A DNA stretch of 64,000 bases, from contig CANRLV010000004.1 of NCBI GenBank assembly GCA_947631565.1, positions 1,662-65,661 on the forward strand, in the 5' to 3' direction. The first letter of the stretch is position 1. Each line of letters begins with the position of its first letter. Shown piece by piece: positions 20,290 through 30,481 of this stretch. The position numbers and the translations under genes were made by a program. The stretch comes from an uncultured Gemmiger sp. (GTDB lineage: Bacteria > Bacillota > Clostridia > Oscillospirales > Ruminococcaceae). The notes under the pieces were generated by a model, which saw only the letters and a list, made by a program, of their open reading frames with translations, was not told the origin of the DNA and ran no database searches.

Positions 20290-23286
20290 TTAAAAGCTGA
20301 AGCTCGGCAGCACGCGCAGCGCCGCGAGCCATTTTGCGGGCACCGGCAGGCCGGAGAGGACCGGGTAGTACAGCGCGAACAGCACGAGCGCGGCGGCGCA
20401 CAGCCCGGCGCCAAGGCGTTTGGCGCGGGCCTCGTTTTTTGCCCCGGCCAGCACGGTGACGATGGCGGCCAGGCAGAACAGCGCGCCGGGGAAATAGTGG
20501 TACAGGAACGTGCAGCGGGTCACCAGCATCCACGGCACCAGCTGGGCAGCATAGAGAACGAGCACGGCGCCGCCCGTAAAGCTGCCGCGCCCGCTGACCT
20601 GCCGCCACAGCAGCGCGAGCACGGCGGCCAGCCCGGCCAGCCAGAGCACCGGCCCGCCCAGCCCGGCGATGCTCCCCGCCTGCCCGGCCGGCAGGCTGCC
20701 GTTGGCATAGTACCAGACCGGGCGCAGGCCCAGCAGCCAGGTGTACCAGCGGCTCTCAAACGGGTGGGTGCTGGTCAGCCCGGCATGGTAGCGGAACATA
20801 CCCACCTGCGCGGCCCACCAGTCGTTAAGATCAAAGCCGGGGTCCCGCCAGAGATACGGCAGGTAGCTGGCCAGGTAGACGCACAGCGGCAGCACAAGAT
20901 AGAACAGCACCCCGCCCGCCAGCGCGGCGCCCAGCTCGCGCCCGAAGCCGGGCTGCCTTTGTTTGTACCGCGCCCACAAAACGCCGAAATAGAGCACCGC
21001 CAGCCCCGCGCCGGCATAGATGCCGTTCCACTTGGCGGCGCAGCCCAGCCCGAAAGCCAGCCCGCCCAGCGCCATGGGCACGAGCGCGCCGGTCACGCCC
21101 TTTTGCAGCACGGTCTGGCAGTACCGGACCATGCAGTGCGCGCCCAGCAGGATGAAGAAGGCGGCGAATACGTCGACGGTGGCGATCCGGCTCTGTGCAA
21201 AGCGCATGAAGTCCAGCGCCAGCAGCACTCCGGCCAGCGCGCCCAACCAGCGGCGGCGGGTCAGGCGGCGGGCAAAGCACCAGGCCAGCGGCACCAGCAG
21301 CACACCGAACAGCGTGCCGGCAAAGCGCCAGCCAAAGCCGGTCATGCCGAACAGGGCGATGCCCAGCATCATCAGGTCCTTGCCCAGGGGCGGGTGCGTG
21401 GTCTCGTACACGGGCAGCGCGTGCAGCTGCTCGTAGGCCGTGCGGGCATGGTAGATCTCGTCAAAATAAAAGCCATTCAACTGGCTTATGCTGTGGGGCA
21501 CCAGCGCCTGCTCATCAAACAGCGGGTCGGCAAGGCACCGGTTTTCCATCGGGCAGGCTTCGCCCCCGGCGTCGCGGAAGCAGAGCTCCAGCACCGCGCC
21601 GTCGGTCACGGTGACGGTGTAGGGCCCGGGGCCGGCCATGCTCATATCGAGCCGGTGCCAACGGAACGTTGCCCCCACGTCCAGCGCCAGCTGTGCGGCC
21701 ACGGCGCCGGTACTGTCGGTCACGGTCAGTGTGCCGCTGTTGTGCACCGAGATGCCCGGGTAGACCCACAGCTCGTTGAGGGGCGCCGCGTGGGGCAGCA
21801 GCTCGGCGGTCATCATATAAAGGCCGCCGTTGGCGTCGGCGCCGTTCTGGGGCGCGCTGGTATCGCCGAGATACCCAAAGCTGAGCACCGCCGTGGCGGC
21901 CGTGAGCAGGCAGAGCCCCGCCAACTCCCGTTTCTGCCAGCGCGGCTGGGCGCCGCGGGTCAGGACTGCCAGCGGCGCGGGCACGGGACGCGGGACGGGG
22001 TCTGGGTCCGGCCGGGCGGGCAGGGCCCACACGGTCAGGGCCAGAACGCAGAACAGCGCCGTCGCCGCCGTTCCGACGATGCGCAGGAACAGCGAACCGG
22101 TGGCGTTGAAGAACCACGGGTCCTCGCTTTCGGCGGTGGCAAGGACGGCGGCCAGATTCAAAAAGCCGGTCAGGGACAGGCCAAACCCGGCCGCGTACAG
22201 GGCCCGGCTGCCAAGGGCCGCGGCGGCCAGCAGCGCGAACAGGACGCCGGGCAGCAGATAGCGTTCATGCATACAGGGGGCAAACACGAACACGCCGGCG
22301 GTATAAAACGCCGCCAGCACGAGCGGCGAAAAGGCGCCCCGCCGCCGCAGGCGCACGGCCAGCCACACCAGCGCGGCGGTCAGCAGCAAAAGCTGCGCCA
22401 TGCCCAGTGTCCGCCAGCTGACGGGCAGCAGCGGCGCCGTATCCTCCCACGGCTGCCAGTTGCCGCCCAGGGCGCCCAGCCAGTTGAAGGCGTTGACGCT
22501 GGCATACGGGTAGCTGGTACCGGTGCCAAGATATTTTTCCAGCAGGCCGGGGACCAGCCCGGCAGCGCCGAAAAACGGCAGGGCCAGCACCGCCGCCGGC
22601 GCGAGCGCCAGCGCCGCGCCGCCAAAAATACGGCCGACAGCGCGGCCCACGGCGCGCCGCCCCTGCGGTACCGCGTCGGCCACGGCGGCCGCAAAGCACA
22701 CCGCCAGCACCGGCCCGGCCAGCAGCGCCTGCGGCTTGACGGCCAGCGCCGCGCCGTAGGCAAGGGCCGCCGGCAGCCAGCGTTTTTCCTCCAACAGGCA
22801 GAAGCACAGCAGCAGCGGCAAAAGGTAAGCGCTGTCCACCTGGCCCCAGACCCCGGTGGCATAGAACAGCAGCGGGTCAAAGGCGGTGAACAGCGTCACA
22901 TACCAGACAAAGCGCGGGCGGTCCGGCATTCGGCGCCGCCCGGTCCAAAAAACGAGGGCGGTGATGGCGGCATCGCACGCGGCCGGTACCAGCGCCAGCA
23001 GCACCCGCGCCCCGGCGCCGCCGTACGGCAGGCCGAGAGCGCGGCGCAAAAGCGCCGCCGCACCCAGCACCCACAGGTACCCGGGCGGGTAGTCGGCAAA
23101 ATAATCGGGGGCGTAAAAGGCGCGCGGACCGACGCTGGCCAGCCGGTCGCCCCAGGCAAAAAAGCAGCTCAGGTCATAGCGGTACCCGGCCGTGCACCCC
23201 GCCAGCAGCAGGCGCAGCACGAACGCTGCCAGCAAAATCGCCGGCAGCGTGCGGGCGTTGGTGCGGTTTTGTCTGTCTTCGGGCAT
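20290..23286 (-). CDS. Double GT-C protein: N-terminal lipid-phosphate-sugar glycosyltransferase fused to a PMT (GT39)-like protein mannosyltransferase
   Basis: N-half has DYPPGY, WGQVDS, KPQ and MHERY; C-half has YFDEIYHA, HPPLGK, AAKWNG, HPFESRW and FLYHYFP; many TM segments; start MPEDRQ at 23286. Confidence 0.75.
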   Translation of the reverse strand: MPEDRQNRTNARTLPAILLAAFVLRLLLAGCTAGYRYDLSCFFAWGDRLASVGPRAFYAPDYFADYPPGYLWVLGAAALLRRALGLPYGGAGARVLLALVPAACDAAITALVFWTGRRRMPDRPRFVWYVTLFTAFDPLLFYATGVWGQVDSAYLLPLLLCFCLLEEKRWLPAALAYGAALAVKPQALLAGPVLAVCFAAAVADAVPQGRRAVGRAVGRIFGGAALALAPAAVLALPFFGAAGLVPGLLEKYLGTGTSYPYASVNAFNWLGALGGNWQPWEDTAPLLPVSWRTLGMAQLLLLTAALVWLAVRLRRRGAFSPLVLAAFYTAGVFVFAPCMHERYLLPGVLFALLAAAALGSRALYAAGFGLSLTGFLNLAAVLATAESEDPWFFNATGSLFLRIVGTAATALFCVLALTVWALPARPDPDPVPRPVPAPLAVLTRGAQPRWQKRELAGLCLLTAATAVLSFGYLGDTSAPQNGADANGGLYMMTAELLPHAAPLNELWVYPGISVHNSGTLTVTDSTGAVAAQLALDVGATFRWHRLDMSMAGPGPYTVTVTDGAVLELCFRDAGGEACPMENRCLADPLFDEQALVPHSISQLNGFYFDEIYHARTAYEQLHALPVYETTHPPLGKDLMMLGIALFGMTGFGWRFAGTLFGVLLVPLAWCFARRLTRRRWLGALAGVLLALDFMRFAQSRIATVDVFAAFFILLGAHCMVRYCQTVLQKGVTGALVPMALGGLAFGLGCAAKWNGIYAGAGLAVLYFGVLWARYKQRQPGFGRELGAALAGGVLFYLVLPLCVYLASYLPYLWRDPGFDLNDWWAAQVGMFRYHAGLTSTHPFESRWYTWLLGLRPVWYYANGSLPAGQAGSIAGLGGPVLWLAGLAAVLALLWRQVSGRGSFTGGAVLVLYAAQLVPWMLVTRCTFLYHYFPGALFCLAAIVTVLAGAKNEARAKRLGAGLCAAALVLFALYYPVLSGLPVPAKWLAALRVLPSFSF

Positions 23287-23308
23287 GGGGCCCTCCCCGT
23301 CAGACGGT

Positions 23309-24712
23309 TTACAGCCGGGACAGCTGCGGGCCGTCTTTGGTATCCTTGACCGCCCAGCCCATGGCGGCAAGCTCGGCGCGGATGGCGTCGGCGCGGGGCC
23401 AGTCTTTGGCGGCCTTGGCGGCGGCGCGCGCCTCGACAAGGGCCGTGACCTCCGGCGGGACGTCGTCCTTTTTGCGGGCGTAGAGCAGGCCGAGCACGCC
23501 GGCCAGCTCGTCGAACACCTGCGCGGCCCCGGCCAGCGCCGCCTTGCCGGCGGCGGTGCCGAGGGTGTTGATGTCCTTGACGAGATCGAACAGGGCGGCC
23601 AGCGCGTCGGGCGTGTTGAGGTCGTCGTCCATGGCGGCGATGAATTTCTCCTTCGCTTTGGCGGCCGCGGCGGTCAGGGCGTCGTCGTTCGCGCCGGTCT
23701 CCGGCGCGTGGGCGAGGGCAAAGTCGAGGTTCTCGCGGCAGGTATACAGGCGCTCCAGCGCGTTTTTGCAGCTCTCGATGAGCTCCACCGTGTAGTTGAG
23801 CGGCATCCGGTAGCCGGCCGTGAGCAGGAAGTAGCGGATGGGCTCGTAGCCGTATTTCTGCGCCACATCGCGGATGGTGAAGAAGTTTCCGGCGCTCTTG
23901 GACATCTTCTGGTTGTCGATGTTCAAAAAGCCGTTGTGCATCCAGTAGCGGGCAAAGGTGCAGCCGTTGGCGCACTCGCTCTGGGCGATCTCGTTCTCGT
24001 GGTGGGGGAAGACGAGATCCTGCCCGCCGGCGTGCAGGTCGATGGTGGGGCCAAGATGGGTGCGGGCCATGGCGCTGCACTCGATGTGCCAGCCGGGGCG
24101 GCCCGGGCCCCAGGGGCTCGGCCAGCTCGGCTCGCCGGGCTTGGCGGCCTTCCAGACCGCGAAATCGGCGGGGTCCTCCTTTAAATCGTCGTCCATCTGG
24201 CTGCGCAGCGTGCGGTTGCCGCTCTCGAGGTCCTCGAGGTTCAGATGGCTGAGCTTGCCGTAGCCGGGGTCGGACTTGACGCGGAAATAGACGTCGCCGT
24301 TCTTGGCCACATAGGCATGGCCCTTCTCGATGAGGTCCGAAACGATATCCTGTATCTGCTGGATGTGCTCGGTCGCGCGTGGGCGCACGGTGGGCGCCTT
24401 GACGTTGAGGCCCTCGCTGTCTTTGATGTACTCGGCCTCATAGCGGCGGGCGACCTCGGCCATCGAGGTGCCCTCTTCCTTTGCCTTCTGGATGAGCTTG
24501 TCGTCGATGTCGGTGATGTTGGAGACAAAAATGACCTTGTTGCCGCGGTATTCGAGGTAACGGCGCAGCGTGTCGAACACGATCATCGGCCGCGCGTTGC
24601 CGATGTGGACGAAGTTGTAGACCGTCGGCCCACAGACGTAGATGCGGTACTCCCCCGGCGTTTGGGGGATGAATTCCTCTTTCTGGCGGGTCATGGTGTT
24701 GAAGATCTGCAT
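23309..24712 (-). CDS. cysS: Cysteine--tRNA ligase
   Basis: CGPTVY, HIGN, GRPGWHIECS and KMSKS motifs. Confidence 0.97.
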   Translation of the reverse strand: MQIFNTMTRQKEEFIPQTPGEYRIYVCGPTVYNFVHIGNARPMIVFDTLRRYLEYRGNKVIFVSNITDIDDKLIQKAKEEGTSMAEVARRYEAEYIKDSEGLNVKAPTVRPRATEHIQQIQDIVSDLIEKGHAYVAKNGDVYFRVKSDPGYGKLSHLNLEDLESGNRTLRSQMDDDLKEDPADFAVWKAAKPGEPSWPSPWGPGRPGWHIECSAMARTHLGPTIDLHAGGQDLVFPHHENEIAQSECANGCTFARYWMHNGFLNIDNQKMSKSAGNFFTIRDVAQKYGYEPIRYFLLTAGYRMPLNYTVELIESCKNALERLYTCRENLDFALAHAPETGANDDALTAAAAKAKEKFIAAMDDDLNTPDALAALFDLVKDINTLGTAAGKAALAGAAQVFDELAGVLGLLYARKKDDVPPEVTALVEARAAAKAAKDWPRADAIRAELAAMGWAVKDTKDGPQLSRL

Positions 24713-24816
24713 ACACGGTTCCTTTCTGTGTGCACAGCAAGCGGGCCGCCACACCGGACGGCCCCTACATTATATCCGCTTCCCGCCTGCTTGGCAAGGT
24801 CGGCCCGGCAAAACTT

Positions 24817-25392
24817 TTACTTTGTCTGCAAAAAGCATTGGCGGTTCTGCCACAGATAGATGCCGCCGGACAGCACCGTCACCGCGGCCACGGCCCAGCA
24901 CAGCGCCGCCGTCACGGCCAGCACCGGCGCAAAGGCCAGGCTGTTGGTGAACGCCGCGCCAAAATAGTATACGAGGATGGTCGCCATCTGCAGCACCGTC
25001 TTGACCTTGCCCCACAGATTGGCGGCGATGACGGTCCCCTGCTCGGCCGCCACCATGCGCACGCCGGCCACGGCAAATTCCCGGAACAAAATGACCGCCA
25101 GCACCACCGGGTGGCAGGCGCGGTCCACCACCATGTAGACGAAAGCGGCGGTGGTGAGCATCTTGTCGGCCAGGGGGTCCATGAACTTGCCGAAGGAGGT
25201 CACCCAGCCGTGCTTGCGGGCCAGATACCCGTCAAAATAATCGGTCAGGCTGGCGGCGGCGAACACGATGCCGGCCGCCAGCGCCATCCCCTGGTCGTGG
25301 ACGTCGACGCCAAGGTGCGCCAGCGCCGCAAACACCATAAACACGGGCACCAGCGCCACGCGCAGCAGCGTCAGCTTGTTGGGCAGGTTCAT
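24817..25392 (-). CDS. pgsA: CDP-diacylglycerol--glycerol-3-phosphate 3-phosphatidyltransferase
   Basis: NLPNKLT and DYFDGYLAR...GKFMDPLADK motifs. Confidence 0.95.
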   Translation of the reverse strand: MNLPNKLTLLRVALVPVFMVFAALAHLGVDVHDQGMALAAGIVFAAASLTDYFDGYLARKHGWVTSFGKFMDPLADKMLTTAAFVYMVVDRACHPVVLAVILFREFAVAGVRMVAAEQGTVIAANLWGKVKTVLQMATILVYYFGAAFTNSLAFAPVLAVTAALCWAVAAVTVLSGGIYLWQNRQCFLQTK

Positions 25393-26738
25393 TGCGGGGC
25401 CTCCTTTTGTTGCAGCAGAGCATAGCCGTACAGGTCATAGGTGTCGGCGTCGGTGATCTTGACGTTGTAAAATTCGCCGGGCTCCAGCGGCGTGTCGGCG
25501 GGCGTGAGCACATTGCCGTCGATCTCGGGGCAGTCGCCGGCCGAGCGCAGCAGATACATACCGGTCTCGTCGTCGACGCCGTCGCAGATGCATTCCAGCG
25601 TCTGGCCCACCTTTTGCCGCTGCAGCTCGGCGCTGATGCGCGCCTGCAATTCCATGATGCCGTCGGCGCGTTTTTGTTTGGTCTCGTCGTCGAGCTGGCC
25701 GGGCATGGCGGCGGCAGGGGTGTTCTCCTCCGGCGAGTAGGCAAAGCAGCCGAGCCGGTCAAACCGCATCGCCTTGACGAAATCGCACAGCCCGTTATAC
25801 TGCGCCTCGGTCTCGCCGGGAAATCCTGCGATGAGCGTGGTGCGCAGCACGATGCCGGGGATGGCGGCGCGCAGGCGGGCGACGGCGCTTTCGATCTCGG
25901 CCCGGCCGCCGCGGCGGCCCATGGCGGCGAGCACCGCGTCGTCACAGTGCTGGATGGGCAGGTCAAGATAGGGCACGACCTTTTGGCTGCGCGCCATGGC
26001 GGCGATGAACTCGTCGGTGATGCGCTCCGGGTAGGCGTACAAAATGCGCACCCAGCGGATGCCGTCGACCTTGTCCAGCTCGTCCAGTAACCTGCCTATC
26101 TTTCCCGGCTCGCCGGTGTCCTCGCCGTAGGCGGTGGGGTCCTGCGCGACCAGGATCAGCTCCCGCACGCCCTCGCCGGCCAGCCATTTGGCCTCGGCCA
26201 CGCAGTCTTCCAGCGGGCGGCTGCGCAACGGCCCGCGGATGATCGGGATGGCGCAGTAGCGGCAGCGGTTGGAGCAGCCTTCGGCGATTTTTAAGTACGC
26301 ATAGTGGCGCGGGGTGGATATGACGCGCGCGCCGCCCAACGCCAGCGCCGCCTTGGGGCCGTAGCTCTCGACCCGCTCGGCACCGGCGCCGCAGACGCGC
26401 TCGACGATGGCCGGCAGCGCGGCGTTGGAGCCAAGGCCCACGACGGCGTCGACCTCCGGCATCTCGCGGGCGATCTCGGCCTTGTAGCGCTCGGCCAGGC
26501 AGCCGGTGACGATGACCTTGAGGTCGGGATTCTGTTCCTTGTACGCGCAGGCCAGCAGGATGTTCTCAATGGCCTCGGCCTTGGCACTCTCGATGAAGCC
26601 GCAGGTGTTGACGATGATGACGTCGGCGCCGGCCGGGTCGGCGACGGTGGCGTGCCCGGCTTTGAGCAGCGCGTGGCAGAAGACGTCGGCGTCCACCTGG
26701 TTTTTGGGGCAGCCCAGCGAGATGATGGCGATGTTCAT
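25389..26738 (-). CDS. rimO: Ribosomal protein S12 methylthiotransferase
   Basis: SLGCPKN, NTCGFIE, radical-SAM CxxxCxxC (CSNRCRYC) and a C-terminal TRAM-like region. Confidence 0.93.
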   Translation of the reverse strand: MNIAIISLGCPKNQVDADVFCHALLKAGHATVADPAGADVIIVNTCGFIESAKAEAIENILLACAYKEQNPDLKVIVTGCLAERYKAEIAREMPEVDAVVGLGSNAALPAIVERVCGAGAERVESYGPKAALALGGARVISTPRHYAYLKIAEGCSNRCRYCAIPIIRGPLRSRPLEDCVAEAKWLAGEGVRELILVAQDPTAYGEDTGEPGKIGRLLDELDKVDGIRWVRILYAYPERITDEFIAAMARSQKVVPYLDLPIQHCDDAVLAAMGRRGGRAEIESAVARLRAAIPGIVLRTTLIAGFPGETEAQYNGLCDFVKAMRFDRLGCFAYSPEENTPAAAMPGQLDDETKQKRADGIMELQARISAELQRQKVGQTLECICDGVDDETGMYLLRSAGDCPEIDGNVLTPADTPLEPGEFYNVKITDADTYDLYGYALLQQKEAPQ

Positions 26739-27388
26739 GCGGGGTCGGTCTCCTGTTCCTCGGTAAACGTATCCAGCGCCGCCTTGATGACGGCATGGCC
26801 AAAGCCACGGCGCGCCAGCGCCGCAGCCACCCGCTCGCGCTGGCCGGCGGCCAGCCTGGCGGCGTAGTGCTTTTGCACGAGCGCCAGCGCGCTGGCAAGC
26901 TCAGGGTCGGTTTCCCCGCCGCCGGCGTCCGGCGCGGCGGCGCAGAGCGCTTCCACCGCCGCGGCGGCGGTGTCACGGTCGATGCCCTTGGCGGCGAGGT
27001 CCCGCAGGATCTCGCGGCGGGATCTGTGTTTGGCGTACAGCTCGGCCGCGCGGCGGCGGGCAACGCTCCCGTCGTTCAGATACCCAAGCTCCGCCGCGCG
27101 GCGCACGGCGCCGGCGGCGGTGTCGGGGTCGAATTTGCGGCAGAGCTTCCGGTACAGCTCCCCCGCCGCGTGGTCCCGCACGCCGAGCAGGTCCAGCGCC
27201 TTGTCCAGCGCGCGGGCGGCGTCGCTGCGCGCGCGCAGGTGTTCGACCTGCATCTCGCTCAGCTCGTCGCCGGCGTGCAGGCCTTCATCGGCAAACAGCT
27301 CCGGCGCCACCGAGAAGGCGAACTCACCGTCCAAAAACAGCGCGCGGCGGCCTTTTTTGGTCGTTTTGACCTCGGTCAGGCAGGGCAT
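26735..27388 (-). CDS. recX: Regulatory protein RecX
   Basis: Directly downstream of recA; GYLND and LARRGF motifs. Confidence 0.85.
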   Translation of the reverse strand: MPCLTEVKTTKKGRRALFLDGEFAFSVAPELFADEGLHAGDELSEMQVEHLRARSDAARALDKALDLLGVRDHAAGELYRKLCRKFDPDTAAGAVRRAAELGYLNDGSVARRRAAELYAKHRSRREILRDLAAKGIDRDTAAAAVEALCAAAPDAGGGETDPELASALALVQKHYAARLAAGQRERVAAALARRGFGHAVIKAALDTFTEEQETDPA

Positions 27389-27394
27389 GGCAGC

Positions 27395-28567
27395 TCAGTC
27401 GTCGACCATGATGTCGAGGTCCAGCTCGCTGCCGGTGATGGCGGCGGCCGGGGCGGCGGGCGCCGCACCGGGGGCGACCGGCGCGGCCAGCTCCTCGGCG
27501 GTCAGCGGCTTGACGGTGCCCTTCTTGCCGGCGGCAATGAGGCGGTCGGCGTTGTCGCGCACGATCTTTTCGATGGCGGCGCAGATGTCGGGGTGCTCCT
27601 GCAGATAGATCTTCGCGTTGTCGCGGCCCTGGCCGAGGCGGATGTCGCCGTAGTTGAACCAGGCGCCGCTCTTCTGCACGACGCCGAGCTTGGCGCCGAG
27701 GTCCAGCACCTCGCCGACCTTGGAGATGCCCTCGCCGAAGACGATGTCGAACTCGGCCTCGCGGAAAGGCGGGGCGACCTTGTTCTTGACCACCTTGGCG
27801 CGGGTGCGGTTGCCGACGAAGTTGCCGTTGGCGTCCTTGAGGCCCTCGATGCGGCGCACGTCGATGCGCACCGAGGAATAGTACTTGAGCGCGCGGCCGC
27901 CGGTGGTGACCTCCGGGTTGCCGTAGACGATGCCGACCTTCTCGCGCAGCTGGTTGATGAAGATGCACACGGTGTTGGTCTTGCCGATGATGCCGGTCAG
28001 CTTGCGCAGGGCCTGGCTCATCAGGCGGGCGTGCAGGCCGACGTGGCTGTCGCCCATCTCGCCCTCGATCTCGGCCTTGGGCACCATGGCCGCGACCGAG
28101 TCGATGATGATGGCGTCGATGGCGCCGGAGCGCACCAGCGCCTCGCAGATCTCCATCGCCTGCTCGCCGGTGTCCGGCTGGCTGACCAGCAGGCTGTCGA
28201 TGTCAACGCCCAGCGCGCGCGCATAGGTGGGATCCAGCGCGTGCTCGACGTCGATGAAGGCGACCTCGCCGCCGGCCTTCTGCGCCTCGGCCAGCACCTG
28301 CAGCGCCAGCGTGGTCTTGCCGGAGGATTCCGGCCCGTAGATCTCGACGATGCGCCCGCGCGGCACACCGCCGATGCCCAGCGCCAGGTCCAGCCCCAGG
28401 CTGCCGGTGGAGATGGCGTCCACCTGCATGGCGACGCTGGCGCCCAGCTTCATCACGGCGCCCTTGCCGAACTGCTTTTCGATCTGCGCCAGCGCCGTTT
28501 CCAGCGCGGCCTTTTTATCGCTGGCCGGGGCGGCGGCGGGCTTGGTGGTGTCTTTCTTCGGTGCCAT
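27395..28567 (-). CDS. recA: Recombinase A
   Basis: [23 protein letters not shown] and GGRALKYY; start MAPKK at 28567 with AAGGAG RBS. Confidence 0.98.
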   Translation of the reverse strand: MAPKKDTTKPAAAPASDKKAALETALAQIEKQFGKGAVMKLGASVAMQVDAISTGSLGLDLALGIGGVPRGRIVEIYGPESSGKTTLALQVLAEAQKAGGEVAFIDVEHALDPTYARALGVDIDSLLVSQPDTGEQAMEICEALVRSGAIDAIIIDSVAAMVPKAEIEGEMGDSHVGLHARLMSQALRKLTGIIGKTNTVCIFINQLREKVGIVYGNPEVTTGGRALKYYSSVRIDVRRIEGLKDANGNFVGNRTRAKVVKNKVAPPFREAEFDIVFGEGISKVGEVLDLGAKLGVVQKSGAWFNYGDIRLGQGRDNAKIYLQEHPDICAAIEKIVRDNADRLIAAGKKGTVKPLTAEELAAPVAPGAAPAAPAAAITGSELDLDIMVDD

Positions 28568-28618
28568 ATTCGTTGCTCCTTCTCCCCCTGGCGGGGGTCG
28601 CTTTTTGTTTCCGAACCT

Positions 28619-28647
28619 ATTATAGCACAGGTTTTGGCCGTTTACAA
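28619..28647 (-). promoter_or_regulatory. recA promoter
   Basis: Minus strand TTGTAA-N17-TATAAT with a TG extension. Confidence 0.6.
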
Positions 28648-28685
28648 CCATTTGTTGTGACTTTGCAGGCCGATAAACGGGATTC

Positions 28686-29546
28686 TCAAGTGCTTTTCGG
28701 CGGGTTTTGGACGGTGATGACCCTATCATGCCCCGCCGCGTCGCGTTTACACGCGACGTTTTGCCAGCCATGCTGCGCGGCCAGCGCCTGCACGGCCGCG
28801 CCCTGCCCGGCGCCGATCTCCAGCACCAGCCGGTCGCCGGGGCGTAAGGCCCGCCGGCAGTCCCGCAGCAGGGCGCGGTAAAAATCCAGCCCGTCCGCCC
28901 CGCCGTACAGGGCGGCGGCCGGCTCGCGCGCCACCTCGGGCTGCAGGGCGGCCATCTCGGCGGCGGTCAGGTAGGGCGGGTTGCAGACGATGAGGTCGGC
29001 ACTGCCCGGTGCCTGCGCGGCCGGCCAGGTCAGCGCGTCCGCCTGCACGGCCAGCACCCCGGTACCGGCCGTGTTGGTTTTCAGGTACCCAAAGGCCGCC
29101 GCGTCCTTTTCGACGCAGGTCACGCGGGCGGCGGGGCAAAAATGCCGGATCGCCAGCCCCAGGCACCCCGTTCCGGCGCAGAGATCCCACACCGTAGGGG
29201 CGGCCGTGCCCGCCAGCAGCGCCAGCGCCGCCTCGCAGACGGTCTCGGTGTCCGGCCGGGGGCAGAGCACGCCGGGGCCGACGGCCAGGCGCAGGCCCAT
29301 GAAATCCCAGCTGCCCAAAATGTATTGCAGCGGCTCGCGCGCCGCGCGCCGGGCGGTGTACCCCGTCAGCGCCTCGGCCTGTGCGGCGGTGAGGGGGGCG
29401 TCCAGTAAACGCGGGTCAGCGTCGGTGCCAAGGGCGAAGCGCAGCAGCTGTCCGGCGTCGAACGCGGCGTCCGGGCAGCCGGCGCCGGCCAGGGCTTCGG
29501 TCACGGCGCGCAACGCCGCGCGCGGGGCCATGCCGGCCGTCACCAC
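28686..29546 (-). CDS. prmC: Release factor glutamine methyltransferase
   Basis: [21 protein letters not shown] and NPPY motifs. Confidence 0.93.
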   Translation of the reverse strand: MVTAGMAPRAALRAVTEALAGAGCPDAAFDAGQLLRFALGTDADPRLLDAPLTAAQAEALTGYTARRAAREPLQYILGSWDFMGLRLAVGPGVLCPRPDTETVCEAALALLAGTAAPTVWDLCAGTGCLGLAIRHFCPAARVTCVEKDAAAFGYLKTNTAGTGVLAVQADALTWPAAQAPGSADLIVCNPPYLTAAEMAALQPEVAREPAAALYGGADGLDFYRALLRDCRRALRPGDRLVLEIGAGQGAAVQALAAQHGWQNVACKRDAAGHDRVITVQNPPKST

Positions 29547-30475
29547 GCGCCGTCCTCCGGGTTTTGGGGCAGCACGGGCGTGATGGCGGCGATGGCGACC
29601 TCGATCATGCTGTCGTCCGGCTCATAGGTGGTGAGCCTTTGCAGCCACAGCCCCGGCTGGGACACGGCGCGGGACAGCCAACTGTGGCTGCGCCCGGCCC
29701 ATTTGATGACCTCGTAGGAAACGCCGACCAGCAGCGGCAGCATGGCCAGCTTGTACACCACGCGCAGGGCGGTGCCGGTCCAGGGCAGCACGGCGTAGAG
29801 CACGATGCTGATGAGCAGGACCAAAATCAGAAAGCTGGTGCCGCAACGCGGGTGGAAGCGCGGATATTTGCGGATGTTCTCGACCGTCAGCTCCTCGCCG
29901 GCCTCATAGCAGGCGATGGTCTTGTGCTCGGCGCCGTGGTACTCGAACACGCGGTGTATTTCTTTCAGGCGCGTGACGGCGAAGAGATAGCCCAAAAACA
30001 ACGCCAGCTTGAACACGGCCTCCAAAATCACGCGCGGCCAGCGGCCCAGCGGCACGATGCCGGCCAGCAGCCCGGTCAAGAACGTGGGCAGGAACGAGAA
30101 CAGGAACAGCGCCAGCGCCACGCCGGCCAGCGCCGAGACGGCCATGACCGCGTTCTGCACGGCGGGGCCGGCGTGGGCGTCGAGCCATTTGTCGAATTTG
30201 GACTGCTGCGCGGCCTGCTCCTCCTCGCTCAGGGCGATGTCGATGGAATGTTCCAGGTAGCGGTAGCCCTTGTACAGGTTCTCGGCCATATTGCAGACCC
30301 CGCGCACCAGCGGCACCTTGTTGTACCAGTGCTGTGTGAGCGGGCTCTCGGTGATGTCGATGGTGCCGTCGGGGCGGCGCACGGCGCAGCAGACCTTGGC
30401 GGGCCCGCGCATCATGATGCCCTCCATCAGGGCCTGCCCGCCGACGCTGGTGCGGAATTTTTCGGTGTTTGGCAT
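29540..30475 (-). CDS. DUF1385 membrane protein
   Basis: GGQALMEG, YHGAEHK, HPRCGTSF and LQRLTT motifs; typical position upstream of prmC. Confidence 0.9.
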   Translation of the reverse strand: MPNTEKFRTSVGGQALMEGIMMRGPAKVCCAVRRPDGTIDITESPLTQHWYNKVPLVRGVCNMAENLYKGYRYLEHSIDIALSEEEQAAQQSKFDKWLDAHAGPAVQNAVMAVSALAGVALALFLFSFLPTFLTGLLAGIVPLGRWPRVILEAVFKLALFLGYLFAVTRLKEIHRVFEYHGAEHKTIACYEAGEELTVENIRKYPRFHPRCGTSFLILVLLISIVLYAVLPWTGTALRVVYKLAMLPLLVGVSYEVIKWAGRSHSWLSRAVSQPGLWLQRLTTYEPDDSMIEVAIAAITPVLPQNPEDGAW

Positions 30476-30481
30476 AGGGTG

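Noticed and set aside
24713-24816. T-box leader for cysS
   Set aside because: The intergenic region is only about 100 nt and has no T-box consensus.
28570-28680. LexA box upstream of recA
   Set aside because: No convincing GAAC-N4-GTTC; only a half site.
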